The position numbers and the translations under genes are program-made. Shown here in pieces: positions 13,645 through 26,000 of a DNA stretch of 64,000 nucleotides (position 1 is its first letter; every line of letters starts with the position of its first letter). Where the stretch lies: contig OZ024742.1 in the NCBI GenBank assembly GCA_964016885.1, positions 148,428,001-148,492,000 of the forward strand, given 5' to 3'. Under the pieces are notes generated by a model. That model did not search any database, was not told the DNA's origin, and saw only the letters and a program-made list of their open reading frames with translations. The stretch is from Eledone cirrhosa. Taxonomy: Eukaryota.

Positions 13645-14165
13645 ACGATGACTTCGCTACGAAGATACCTAAAGATCATGTTAATTCCGTCCCCTCTGCG
13701 TGCATGCACGTTAGTGACTAACGTGACTGATCCGAGATCAGCCGATCCGCCCACAGTAGTTGCAGGGAAATATCTGTGCTGTGCTTGGCTCTTCACTGAC
13801 ACAACTGGGCTCTCTTCTCCAGGCTGATACGACGGTTTGCCTCAAATGCGCTGGTAGTCTAGCCGATGGTGCGCCGCCAAGCATTGCGGTCAACAGTCTG
13901 GTTGGTCCACTATTGGAGGTCAATGTTACATGCCCTCGGCGTCTTTTTTTAGCATCTCTTTCTACCGCTTCTTGGGCGCACCACCGTTTCGACAGCCAGA
14001 AGACAGAGTAGAGTACCATCATTGACCGGCGATGGTCTGCTATTCTGTAGACATGTTCCGCTTCGCCCAGTGCAGCCATGTCTCAAGAAGAGTGGCCTCG
14101 ATACTGGTGGCCTACGTTTTCTTGATGACCCCTGTGTTGATGACATAGTCACTCCAGTGACTGTT
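13645..14165 (-). mobile_element. RTE-clade LINE 3' fragment (decayed)
   Basis: Minus-strand pieces read TSIEATLL..WLHW..HVYRIADHR..VLYS..GGAPKKR*K..LK..CNID..W...DRNAWR...FEANR...CNYCGRI..SRISHVSH*RAC. Followed by an (ATC)-like tail. Confidence 0.8.
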
Positions 14166-14374
14166 TAATATATATATATATTCCAGAGTCGGGTCAGATC
14201 GATACAGATCGAACCTTGAGCTGAACAATAGCGAAACGCGCGTCACCAATCAATAAACGTAAATAAAGGCTTAAGGAATCGTCCTTATATTATATATAAA
14301 ATAAAGTACCAGTAATGTACTGGGTAATTGTGGCCTTGTGCCAAAAGTAGAAACAATTATATATATATATATAC

Positions 14375-14473
<99 letters not shown>

Positions 14474-16770
14474 ACATACCCACTGTTCTTTAGCATCTAA
14501 GGGAGACCACTCTAACGGCCGTTTCAGATTAACACCTTATAAAAATGGCTACAGTTTTTTAACTATTGAGTGCTTACTGATATAATGAAGAAGTGATGGC
14601 TTTAATCTAGTTTGTCCGAAACACAGGATACCCCGACACACAAAACAATGGAATAAACCCAAAACATCTACTTCCATACGAATACATCTTTCCAAACCAT
14701 ACTAGAGGACATACCTTCATTTTCAACGAGAAAATCTCGATGAATAACAACAAACCGTGTTCCCTTCGGTGTCCCGTAACCCGCAGTTGGACTTACAAAA
14801 ATAAAGACAGTAAAAAGAAAACCGTTCTTTCTCTCTTTCTACCCTCCAATCAGCAAAAATTATTAAAAAAACTCTATAAATTCTACAATATAGGTTATAT
14901 GTTATATTATAGTCTATGTTCCATGTTGTATACCTCACTTTATCACTTGTTCTTTATCTTTTTTATTTCTTATCTTCCATTTTCACTACATTAAATCTTC
15001 TTTCCATATTTCCAAATTTCATATATGTTATCTATTTCTTCATTTTTATTTAGTTAAATTTCTATTTTATTTTATTTTATTTTATTTTATTTTATTTTAT
15101 TTTATGTTAATTCAATTTCATTTATGTAGATTTTTATTTACTTTTCATACCATGCCAATTATTTTATGATATTTTATTGTTATTTTACTTATTATATTAG
15201 GTTATTCATTTTGATCTTACTTTCAATTTTGACCTAGTTTTCTTTTAAGTTAGTCTATCCTACTACCTTTCACATCGCATATTAAATTTAATCTCCTACT
15301 TTTAGTATCTTATTGGCTAGACATAGTGGTCCCTGGAATGTGTGACAATACCCATAATGTGTATGGAGACGTTTATCCACTGACAGGGTTGTGTATACGT
15401 GTTCTTACGCAAGAATGTACCCTGTTCTAGTCGTTGCTACGCATCTTGGGGTTGTGACAAGATGCACATAATCACCTTAAATGATTTGTGGAGGATATTC
15501 GGAGACCCACTCATTAAGTCCTTGGAAATCCGGGGTTGGTTTGGCCGTGTTAATCAATATTACCCTGTATGTGGGGGGAACAGGACTTCTGTGCCTTCGC
15601 CTAAACATTTTATAATTCCGTTAAGCTCTATATTTGCTAAATTTTATATTTGTTAAACTATAAATGTATTTAATCATATTTTTTATTCTACCTCTGTTTT
15701 ACCGTTATTTTATTGTTTCACCGTTATTTTATTGTTTCATTTTTACACCCCCGCTCACTTTTATCGACTCCCAGCGATAGTGGGCGAGGAATCTAGTAGG
15801 TAGGGGAAGATAAACTTGTTACTGCTACTGCTACCACTATCATATGTTGATAGAACGGAGGGAGGGGAATAAAATATTCTCAAACATTTTTGTCTTCGTG
15901 CTTATGACTTGCTAAATAAGTGAACATTAGCGGATGTGGCGCAAAATGGAGAGTCTAGTTCTCACCTCTGTTCCAGTGTTTGAAAGGAGTAGAAATCATA
16001 CGGGGCCGGCCAGCAAGATGGAAACAGGCTCTTCACCGGATCTCGTATCGATAAACTTTAAAAGTGGCTTGTCTTTATCTCTGAAGGCTATATATATATA
16101 TACGCACGCACGGTCCCCATGTGTCCACCAGCCATGAGACCTGCATCATGTGCAGACTCTTACCCAGTCCCTTAGATCACCAGTCCCCATGTATATTATA
16201 TAACCATATGCACCACAGCCGTCAAGTATTTTATGCAACTTTTCGCACACCCCAATAATGTCCGGACCCCCTCTGCATCCTTGTCATGTATAGATTCCTT
16301 TTTCCAGCATTTTATTTTAATTTATATTATATTATTGTATATTATTTTATTTTATGTACGTACAGGCATTTTTTAAAATATATATGTGCCACCCAAGTTA
16401 TATGTGATTAGTACAAGGATACTATGCGGCTATAACATTTATGCATATTGTGCATGCACTTTCGGGCTTATATCGCCACATGATCGGGTTGGGTCCAAGC
16501 CTCAAGAACGTTGTCTCATATAATACTATGTGCACCACGTGCACAGCTGCGCATGTGTGTACGGATGGGAAGGTATTCATCAAGTATGTGCCTTCGGTAT
16601 GAATATCAAGCTGTTTCGACGGCTATTTCTGGACTATTTCAGTCCAGAAATAGCCGTCGGCTTGAGCTCTGCCGCGGGGTTAAACATTTTCCTATTACCC
16701 ACTCTACTACCCTAAGTATTGAGTACTCTGATGCGTTATGGTCCATCTGGTTCCTTACCACACCTCCTTC

Positions 16771-16827
<57 letters not shown>

Positions 16828-16869
16828 AATTCAAATATTAATAAAATAGATGTTCTTGTGATCAATTAA

Positions 16870-16935
16870 ATTTTATTATACATATTTCAGTGGTACTTGA
16901 ATCAAGTTCAATCGTACGTCCTCATCAGATACAAT
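16870..16935 (-). ncRNA. Type I hammerhead ribozyme family H6
   Basis: Minus strand reads attgtat-CTGATGA-ggac gtac ga ttgaa cttga ttcaa gtac cact-GAAA-TATGTA-TA-ataaaat. One mismatch in stem I. Confidence 0.65.
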
Positions 16936-16983
16936 AAAATTATACATGACATACTCTGACATGTTAAATGGTTAAGATTTAAT

Positions 16984-17022
<39 letters not shown>

Positions 17023-17181
17023 GTTGAAAAGGTAACACACTAGAGAGAGATACAGTGCGCTATCAATAAAACAGGGAAAAACCACCAGTGTATGGAATCT
17101 ATAACCTATGAAAGGCAGACTATAGACACGATAATTAAAAATATAAATTAAAGCGTAAATAAATACCTCTATAACTATGTA

Positions 17182-17263
17182 ACACACGTACAAATCCAAA
17201 GAGATCTGTTTCGCCAGTAAGTTGTTGACAGAAATGGAATAACCCCGGTTCTTCAGCGTGTGT
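17182..17263 (-). ncRNA. Type I hammerhead ribozyme family H7 (copy 1), full-length stem III
   Basis: Minus strand reads acacacg-CTGAAGA-a ccgg...ctgg c-GAA-ACAGATC tctttg GATTTGT-A-cgtgtgt. Stem I 7 bp, stem III 7 bp, GUA triplet. Confidence 0.8.
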
Positions 17264-17582
17264 AAGGCTATACATTTCAGACAACGCTAAGAGAAAAGAG
17301 CTCAGGGTTTCCTCTCCTTTGAGCACATTATTTACAGGGAATGGCGAGAGTCTATGGCTCCGTTAATTTATCGTGATATTTCGCTCCTTATAACAGTCTT
17401 TCCTCTCTCTCTGTTTGGTTGAGCACACTTCTCTGAGTGGTTTTGGGCTGCCCTTTCTAGCAGCTCATCCCTCAGAGGCCGCTGGTTCACTGCCCTTAAA
17501 CACACTGTGGCTTCTCTCTCCCACGTGTAGCTGGACAGTCACTTTTAAAATTCTCTTATTGTTGTCTGAAATCTATAGCTTT

Positions 17583-17664
17583 ACACACACTGAAGAACCG
17601 GGGTTATTCCATTTCTGTCAACAACTTACTGGCGAAATAGATCTCTTTGGATTTGTACGTGTGT
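17583..17664 (+). ncRNA. Type I hammerhead ribozyme family H7 (copy 2)
   Basis: acacaca-CTGAAGA-accgg...ctggc-GAA-ATAGATC tctttg GATTTGT-A-cgtgtgt. Confidence 0.75.
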
Positions 17665-17912
17665 TATATAGTTATAGAGGTATTTATTTACGTTTTAATT
17701 CATATTTTTATTTATCGTGTCTATAGTCTGCCTTTTATAGGTTATAGATTTCATACACTGGTGGTTTTCCCCTGTTTTATTGATAGCGCACTGTATCTCT
17801 CTCTAGTGTGTTACCTTTTCAACATATTGTATTTTAAAGGGCTCAGGATTTCCTATCCTTTGAGCACATTATTTAAAGGGAATGGCGAGAGTCTATAGCG
17901 CCGTTAATTTAT

Positions 17913-17972
<60 letters not shown>

Positions 17973-18074
17973 TTATTTATTTATTTATTTATTTATATAT
18001 ACGGCGATGAAATTGTTTTGCAAGGTTATTGATATGAATCCAACCCAAACTAAACAGTGAGTGTGTTCTGATAT

Positions 18075-18173
<99 letters not shown>

Positions 18174-18177
18174 ACAC

Positions 18178-18313
<136 letters not shown>

Positions 18314-18529
18314 GTATGTTCTACTTTTAGAATTTTATAACATTTTACCAATAGAGGGGGAGTCGCTTTCTAACATAGATACAAGACTCTCTCGTTGGCA
18401 CTTAAACATCAACTAGGTACATATGTCTGCATGAGTGCGCGCGTGTGTGTGTGTAGGTATGGATGTTATTCTATGTGTGGATGTGTATATTTGAGTTATT
18501 TGTGTGCACGTGCATATGTTTTGTATCTG

Positions 18530-18768
18530 TATATGTGTATATACAGAAATTTTGGAATGTTTTACATATTTTTACTGTTCTTGTAATTTTCTACCTTGTT
18601 TCTTTCTGTTTCTGTGAAGCCCAGCTTCTCAAGATTTGTACTGAAGCAGTTAGTAACATATCCCAGTGCCCCAATAATCAAATATGTAATTCTGAAGGTA
18701 TAGTCAGAGTGGAGTATTATCAGATTCCTTTTCGCTAATCTTTAATATCGTATTGGCATCTGCTAGGT
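18530..18768 (-). mobile_element. R4/Dong-like non-LTR retrotransposon 3' fragment, family B
   Basis: Reverse complement aligns with 44075-44345 (gcagatgcc.at..gatattaaa.attagcgaaaagga; attggggc.ctgggatatgttactaactgc = IGALGYV). Its 5' side abuts (TATG)n. Confidence 0.7.
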
Positions 18769-18852
18769 TATGTATGTATGTATGTATGTATGTATGTATG
18801 TATGTATGTATGTATGTATGTATGTATGTATGTATGTATGTATGTATGTATG

Positions 18853-19044
18853 TTATCTCTTTCTCTTAATTTCGAGTATATTCTTTTTGACCGGCCACCT
18901 TCCTGGTGGCAAGGTTGTAAAAGAAAAGAAATTGTCATCCCTTGAATCGCAAGAATGTTTTGCAAATTTTGAAGGTGCCAGCTATCGCAGCCATTTGTAG
19001 ACTATGAATTAGGGAGCTGCGCTTTTTGTCCGCAAATCCAAGTT
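18853..19044 (-). mobile_element. R4/Dong-like non-LTR retrotransposon 3' fragment, family A, within (TATG)n
   Basis: Near-identical reverse complement of 46270-46460, with (TATG)n on both sides. Confidence 0.8.
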
Positions 19045-20229
19045 TGTATGTATGTATGTATGTATGTATGTATGTATGTATGTATGTATGTATGTATGTA
19101 TGTATGTATGTATGTATGTGCTCACTATAAAAGCTTCACGGCACAGGCATTGCTTTATATCTGGAGATCTCTCTGCACTTGTTGTCACATGGTACCATGG
19201 GCCCAGCACTATGTGTCAATAATTGTCACAAGTCTAGTGTTTGTACCAGAGTTTTCAAGTCGCTGGCTGGACTAAAAAGTCACACTCGTTCAGCGCATCG
19301 GTAGGGGTTCTCCTACATGGATATAAAGTAGTGGCCGTACTCGAAAACGATTTGGCAGCCACCACCATGTATGTATGTATGTATTTCACTGCTGACATTG
19401 TTGCTTCTGTATTATTCTTGTTGCAGGTGACCTTATTGAAACAGAAGTCGTCTGAAATATTGAGGTCCAGATATCAAGAAATTCACATTTTACAAGTGGT
19501 TTTCTTACAGGTCTTGTATATCACATGCTTCGTAATTTATATACTTCCATGTTGACTACTTGAGTTGTTGAATAATTTCAAATTAGCCAAATGTAGTCTT
19601 TCTTTTCCTTTCCATCTCTCCACGACAAATTATGATGAACTATAAAATACAGGTCACCTACAAAATATAACAAAATACTAATAAAACATATGGACATACA
19701 GTATAGAAGAACTAGCCAAACAAGGTATTTACAACGCTAACATACAATTGTTACGCTTCTACCAAGTCAACGTTGTCTACAACTCCTATGACCGTCACCG
19801 GAACTTTCAAACCTACAAAAGCAGATTGAACAGTGGAAAAAGAGATAACATGCTCAGACCTCAACACTGCACTCAATACAATAAGCCGTTGCATTGTCGG
19901 GGCCTTCTAAATATGCTGTGAAAGTTGTAGGAATCTTGTTTGTAATTCCTGCTAGGTTACTGTGCGTATGTTTTTTTTAGGGATATGTAATGGTTAGGAG
20001 CTACAAGTTTAATAGCAATAACGAGAGAAGAGATACTTAAAAACCTCCACAATATATAGCAATTGAACTCTACATAAATTTGGTGACTTAACGTAATTTG
20101 CCAACCATAATTTGAAGTCGTCATTAAGTTGTTTAGTGTTTTGTTCATAACGAACCAAAAAACATAGCGTTTACGTGGTTGTGCTGTGGATAAGGATAAA
20201 GATCCCACAACTCCTTGTGGAGTCGTAGA

Positions 20230-21495
20230 AGCACCGTCAAACGGTGTGTCTAGGGCACTTTTAAACCTGGTGGAGCCCAACCCTCTCCAGGTGTGAATAC
20301 AGTCGATTTTTTCTATAGAGGAAGAATCGACCCCAGTACTGGACTGGTACATTTTTTTGCTTATCGACCTAGAAAGGATGAAAGGCAAAGTTGACCCCAG
20401 CGGGATTTGAACTCAGAGCGCGAAATGAGGTGGGACGAATACCGTAAAACATTCTATATGACGTCTCAACGACTCTGCCAATTCGCCGTATAGCCCTGCT
20501 GTGACTAACAGACAAATTTATTTTAAAATATACCTTTGCGTCTGAAAAAATGAAAAGGCAGAAATTAAAATAGTTATTTGTGCCATTTGTAGAACTTGAG
20601 TCCGTCAATTAGCATCACATTATAAGGTTGCTTCAGTTGTTTCGTAGTTTAGCAAGTGACTTGATGTGAAACTATATCTAAAACACTGAAGCAACTACGC
20701 TGTAAAGGTATTATTTTAGTCCATTTAATGGTGGTGGATTGGCAGTATCGGTAGAGAGTCGGACACCATGCTTTGCAGCATAGAGTTACGTACGGCCCTT
20801 TATGATCTGAGTTCAAATCCCGCAGAGGTTAACTTTGCCTTTCATCCTTACGGGCTCGATAAATTAAAGTACCAGTCACGCACTGGGGTCGATTTAATCG
20901 ACTTTCCTCTCCCCCAAAATTGCTGGCCTATATAAGTAACCATTATTTTAGTCGATAAAATAAAGTACCAGTAATACACTGGGTAATTGCTGGCCTTGTG
21001 CCTAACGTAGAAACAATTATTTTAGTCCATTTAGAAAAAACAAAAACCTCTCCTCTTGATTTTTCATTTATTTTTAAATAAATAAAAAGTGAATATAACA
21101 GTTTTTCTGTTTTTAGATTTGTCGTAATTGCTTAGTTGTTTTTCTTATTAAAGATATTTTTATTTATATCACCTTACATACAGACTTTAAATCATACGGG
21201 GTCGATTTTACCATTTATTCCACTGGGGTTGATAAAACAAATATAAAATTACCAAGATTCTCTTATTTAAAATATACCTGTTACCTACAGATTTCTGGTC
21301 TTATGCCAAAGTTGGCAGTATCGGTAGAGGGTCGGACGCCATGCTTTGACGCATAGAGTTACGGCCCTTGCCATTCTGAGTTCAAATTCCGCCGAGGTTA
21401 ACTTTTACATTCATCCTTACGGGGTCGATAAAATAAAGTACCAGTAATACACTGGGTAATTGTTGGCCTTGTGCCAAAAGTAGAAACAATTATTA
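20230..21495. mobile_element. Cluster of tRNA-derived SINEs with Meta/MESC-like central domain (20330-20490 minus; 20728-20945 plus; 20950-21020 tail; 21312-21495 plus)
   Basis: A-box-like ggcagtatcggtagag, B-box gagttcaaatccc, central gcctttcatcctt.cggggtcgataaaataaagtaccag, and tail gctggccttgtgcc.aa.gtagaaac. Confidence 0.8.
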
Positions 21496-22167
21496 GATAT
21501 AAAATTAAAACAATGTTGTCTCTGATCGAGACGAAGCCAGAGTGTATTTAAATACATATAAAAATGAGAAGAGTCGTTAAAACAGCTTAACAGCTGTTCT
21601 AGCGATGAGTTTTCTCATTTTTATATGTATTATTAGCTATAATAAGAATACTACTGTTGCTGTTGCTGATGTTGTTTAGCTGCATATTATTTCTAATTAA
21701 GAAGTCTTATAATTAAAGGTGTTCCAGTCATTACAACCTACCCGTTCTTTACTCAGGTATTGCATATATATTAGCCAATATGAGCACTTAACTAAGGTAG
21801 GGTGTAAAGGTGGAGACATTTGGTTGCTTTTACTAGCATCTGTAGTAATTCCATAGAATCTAATTCTGTTTTTGATATTCTTTCATTCCTTCTAGAATTA
21901 AACCTGTCTTCAACAAAATCATTCAAGCCTCACTCACACCAAATTCATTCCAGGAATGCAAAATATAAAAAAAAAAAATCCATTCATTTAAATGATTTGA
22001 TAATTGCTTCAAGCGATTAACTGTATCTCGTTTTGATATCCTGTTTTCGAGAAGGAAAGACCCTTGAAGTAAACTCTGTTCTGCCTTTGAAAAGTTACTC
22101 TGAGAATGACAAAAGTGTCATTCCATACTTTCTCGGTATATGCAAGAAAGTGTGTGTGTATGAGAGA

Positions 22168-22226
<59 letters not shown>

Positions 22227-22422
22227 TTACAGTCTCGTTTGATTTCTCAAGTTGGTAACTTAACGTCTTAGGTGACTCTACAAGGAGACGAAATTTCTTG
22301 CCGATGCTGCTTTCAGAATCTGATAAAACCACGCAAATAAAAGCACCCTGGTTAAGGCAGTAAACACAGACACACGATAGAGGCAGATACTGTTAAGGTA
22401 GGTTACAACATCTTGAAATTCA

Positions 22423-23060
22423 CTTCTTCTTCTTCTTCTTCTTCTTCTTCTCCTTCTTCTTCTTCTTCTTCTTCTTCTTCTTCTTCTTCTCCTCCTTCTC
22501 CTTCTTCTTCTTCTTCTTCTTGTTGGTAGTGGCATTCTTGTTGCTGCTGCCGTTGTTGTTGTTGTTGTTGGTTGGTATGATGTTGCTGGTGCTGCTGTTG
22601 TTGTTGTTGTTGTTGTTGTTGTTATTGTTGTTGTTGGTAGTGGTGGTGTTTTTGTTGTTGTTGGTGGTAGTGGTGATGTTGTTCAGGTTGGTGCTGTCGA
22701 TGTTGCTGCTGCTGCTGTTGTTGTTGTTGTTGTTGTTGTTGTTGGTAGTGGTAGTGGTGGTGTTTTTGTTTTCGGTGGTGGTGTTTTTGTTGTCGGTGGT
22801 GGTTGTGGTGTTGTTGAGGTTGGTGCTGTCGATGTTGCTGTTGGTGTTGTTGTTTTTGTTGTTGTTGTTGTTGTTGTTGTTGTTGGTAGTGGTGGTGGTG
22901 GTGTTTTTGTTGTCGGTGGTGGTGGTGATGTTGTTGAGGTTGGTGGTGTCAATGTTGCTGTTGGTGTTGTTATTTTTGTTGTTGTTGTTGTTGGTAGTGG
23001 TCTTTTTTGTTGGTGTTATTATTGTTATTGCTGACGGTGGAGGGTTTTGGTGTTGTTGTC
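22423..23060. repeat. (CTT)n followed by degenerate (GTT/GGT)n low-complexity tract
   Basis: Direct reading. Confidence 0.9.
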
Positions 23061-26000
23061 GTTCTTGAAGTTAGGGATGTTGTTGGTGATATAATTGTTG
23101 TCGTTGTTACAGTTAGGGATGTTGTTGGTGATATAATTGTTGTCGTTGTTACAGTTAGGGATGTTGTTGGTGATATAATTGTTGTCGTTGTTACAGTTAG
23201 GGATGTTGTTGGTGATATAATTGTTGTCGTTGTTACAGTTAGGGATGTTGTTGGTGATATAATTGTTGTCGTTGTTACAGTTAGGGATGTTGTTGGTGAT
23301 ATAATTGTTGTCGTTGTTACAGTTAGGGATGTTGTTGGTGATATAAGTGTTGTCGTTGTTGTAGTTAGGGATGTTGTTGGTGATATAATTGTTGTCGTTG
23401 TTACAGTTAGGGATGTTGTTGGTGATATAATTGTTGTCGTTGTTACAGTTAGGGATGTTGTTGGTGATATAATTGTTGTCGTTGTTACAGTTAGGGATGT
23501 TGTTGGTGATATAATTGTTGTCGTTGTTGAAGTTAGGGATGTTGTTGGTGATATAATTGTTGTCGTTGTTGTAGTTAGGGATGTTGTTGGTGATATCATT
23601 GTTGTCGTTGTTGTAGTTAGGGATGTTGTTGGTGATATAATTGTTGTCGTTGTTGTAGTTAGGGATGTCGTTGGTGATATAATTGTTGTCGTTGTTACAG
23701 TTAGGGATGTTGTTGGTGATATAATTGTTGTCGTTGTTGAAGTTAGGGATGTTGTTGGTGATATAATTGTTGTCGTTGTTACAGTTAGGGATGTTGTTGG
23801 TGATATAATTGTTGTCGTTGTTACAGTTAGGGATGTTGTTGGTGATATAATTGTTGTCGTTGTTGAAGTTAGGGATGTTGTTGGTGATATAATTGTTGTC
23901 GTTGTTGTAGTTAGGGATGTTGTTGGTGATATAATTGTTGTCGTTGTTGAAGTTAGGGATGTTGTTGGTGATATAATTGTTGTCGTTGTTACAGTTAGGG
24001 ATGTTGTTGGTGATATAATTGTTGTCGTTGTTACAGTTAGGGATGTTGTTGGTGATATAATTGTTGTCGTTGTTACAGTTAGGGATGTTGTTGGTGATAT
24101 AATTGTTGTCGTTGTTGAAGTTAGGGATGTTGTTGGTGATATAATTGTTGTCATTGTTGTAGTTAGGGATGTTGTTGGTGATATAATTGTTGTCGTTGTT
24201 GAAGTTAGGGATGTTGTTGGTGATATAATTGTTGTCGTTGTTACAGTTAGGGATGTTGTTGGTGATATAATTGTTGTCGTTGTTGAAGTTAGGGATGTTG
24301 TTGGTGATATAATTGTTGTCATTGTTGTAGTTAGGGATGTTGTTGGTGATATAATTGTTGTCGTTGTTGAAGTTAGGGATGTTGTTGGTGATATAATTGT
24401 TGTCGTTGTTACAGTTAGGGATGTTGTTGGTGATATAATTGTTGTCGTTGTTACAGTTAGGGATGTTGTTGGTGATATAATTGTTGTCGTTGTTGAAGTT
24501 AGGGATGTTGTTGGTGATATAATTGTTGTCGTTGTTGTAGTTAGAGATGTTGTTGGTGATATAATTGTTGTCGTTGTTGAAGTTAGGGATGTTGTTGGTG
24601 ATATAATTGTTGTCGTTGTTACAGTTAGGGATGTTGTTGGTGATATAATTGTTGTCATTGTTGTAGTTAGGGATGTTGTTGGTGATATAATTGTTGTCGT
24701 TGTTGTAGTTAGGGATGTTGTTGGTGATATAATTGTTGTCGTTGTTGTAGTTAGGGATGTTGTTGGTGATATAATTGTTGTCGTTGTTGTAGTTAGGGAT
24801 GTTGTTGGTGATATAATTGTTGTCGTTGTTACAGTTAGGGATGTCGTTGGTGATATAATTGTTGTCGTTGTTACAGTTAGGGATGTTGTTGGTGATATAA
24901 TTGTTGTCGTTGTTACAGTTAGGGATGTTGTTGGTGATATAATTGTTGTCGTTGTTGTAGTTAGGGATGTTGTTGGTGATATAATTGTTGTCGTTGTTAC
25001 AGTTAGGGATGTTGTTGGTGATATAATTGTTGTCGTTGTTACAGTTAGGGATGTTGTTGGTGATATAATTGTTGTCGTTGTTGTAGTTAGGGATGTTGTT
25101 GGTGATATAATTGTTGTCGTTGTTGTAGTTAGGGATGTTGTTGGTGATATAATTGTTGTCGTTGTTACAGTTAGGGATGTCGTTGGTGATATAATTGTTG
25201 TCGTTGTTACAGTTAGGGATGTTGTTGGTGATATAATTGTTGTCGTTGTTACAGTTAGGGATGTTGTTGGTGATATAATTGTTGTCGTTGTTGTATTTAG
25301 GGATGTTGTTGGTGATATAATTGTTGTCGTTGTTGTAGTTAGGGATGTTGTTGGTGATATAATTGTTGTCGTTGTTGTAGTTAGGGATGTTGTTGGTGAT
25401 ATAATTGTTGTCGTTGTTACAGTTAGGGATGTTGTTGGTGATATAATTGGTGTCGTTGTTGTAGTTAGGGATGTTGTTGGTGATATAATTGTTGTCGTTG
25501 TTACAGTTAGGGATGTTGTTGGTGATATAATTGTTGTCGTTGTTACAGTTAGGGATGTTGTTGGTGATATAATTGTTGTCGTTGTTGTAGTTAGGGATGT
25601 TGTTGGTGATATAATTGTTGTCGTTGTTACAGTTAGGGATGTTGTTGGTTATATAATTGTTGTCGTTGTTACAGTTAGGGATGTTGTTGGTGATATAATT
25701 GTTGTCGTTGTTACAGTTAGGGATGTTGTTGGTGATATAATTGTTGTCGTTGTTGTAGTTAGGGATGTTGTTGGTGATATAATTGTTGTCGTTGTTACAG
25801 TTAGGGATGTTGTTGGTGATACAGTTGTTGTCGTTGTTGTAGTTAGAGATGTTGTTGGTGATATAATTGTTGTCGTTGTTACAGTTAAGGATGTTGTTGG
25901 TGATATAATTGTTGTCGTTGTTACAGTTAGGGATGTTGTTGGTGATATAATTGTTGTCGTTGTTACAGTTAGGGATGTTGTTGGTGATATAATTGTTGTC

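Larger units (their letters stand above)
17018..17920. mobile_element. Penelope-type inverted repeat (17018-17295 vs 17551-17828) plus direct repeat (17299-17378 vs 17841-17920), flanked by (TA)n
   Basis: The ORF track shows the same peptide on opposite strands (16972-17199 minus, 17647-17898 plus). A hammerhead lies in each arm. Confidence 0.8.

Noticed and set aside
14210-14530. Hammerhead-like halves GAAACGCGCGTC (14233) and minus-strand GAAACGGCCGTT (14514-14525)
   Set aside because: No intact CUGANGA box or matching stem I; probably decayed remnants, so not counted.
14640-14800. HTRGH-containing peptide resembling a CR1/L2 LINE C-terminus
   Set aside because: The motif is too short and degenerate to call.
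20728-20830. tRNA genes
   Set aside because: The A/B boxes belong to SINE heads; no cloverleaf is present.
21880-22422. Unique-looking sequence that might be a host exon or promoter
   Set aside because: No recognisable protein motif or convincing splice pair; this needs RNA-seq or conservation data.
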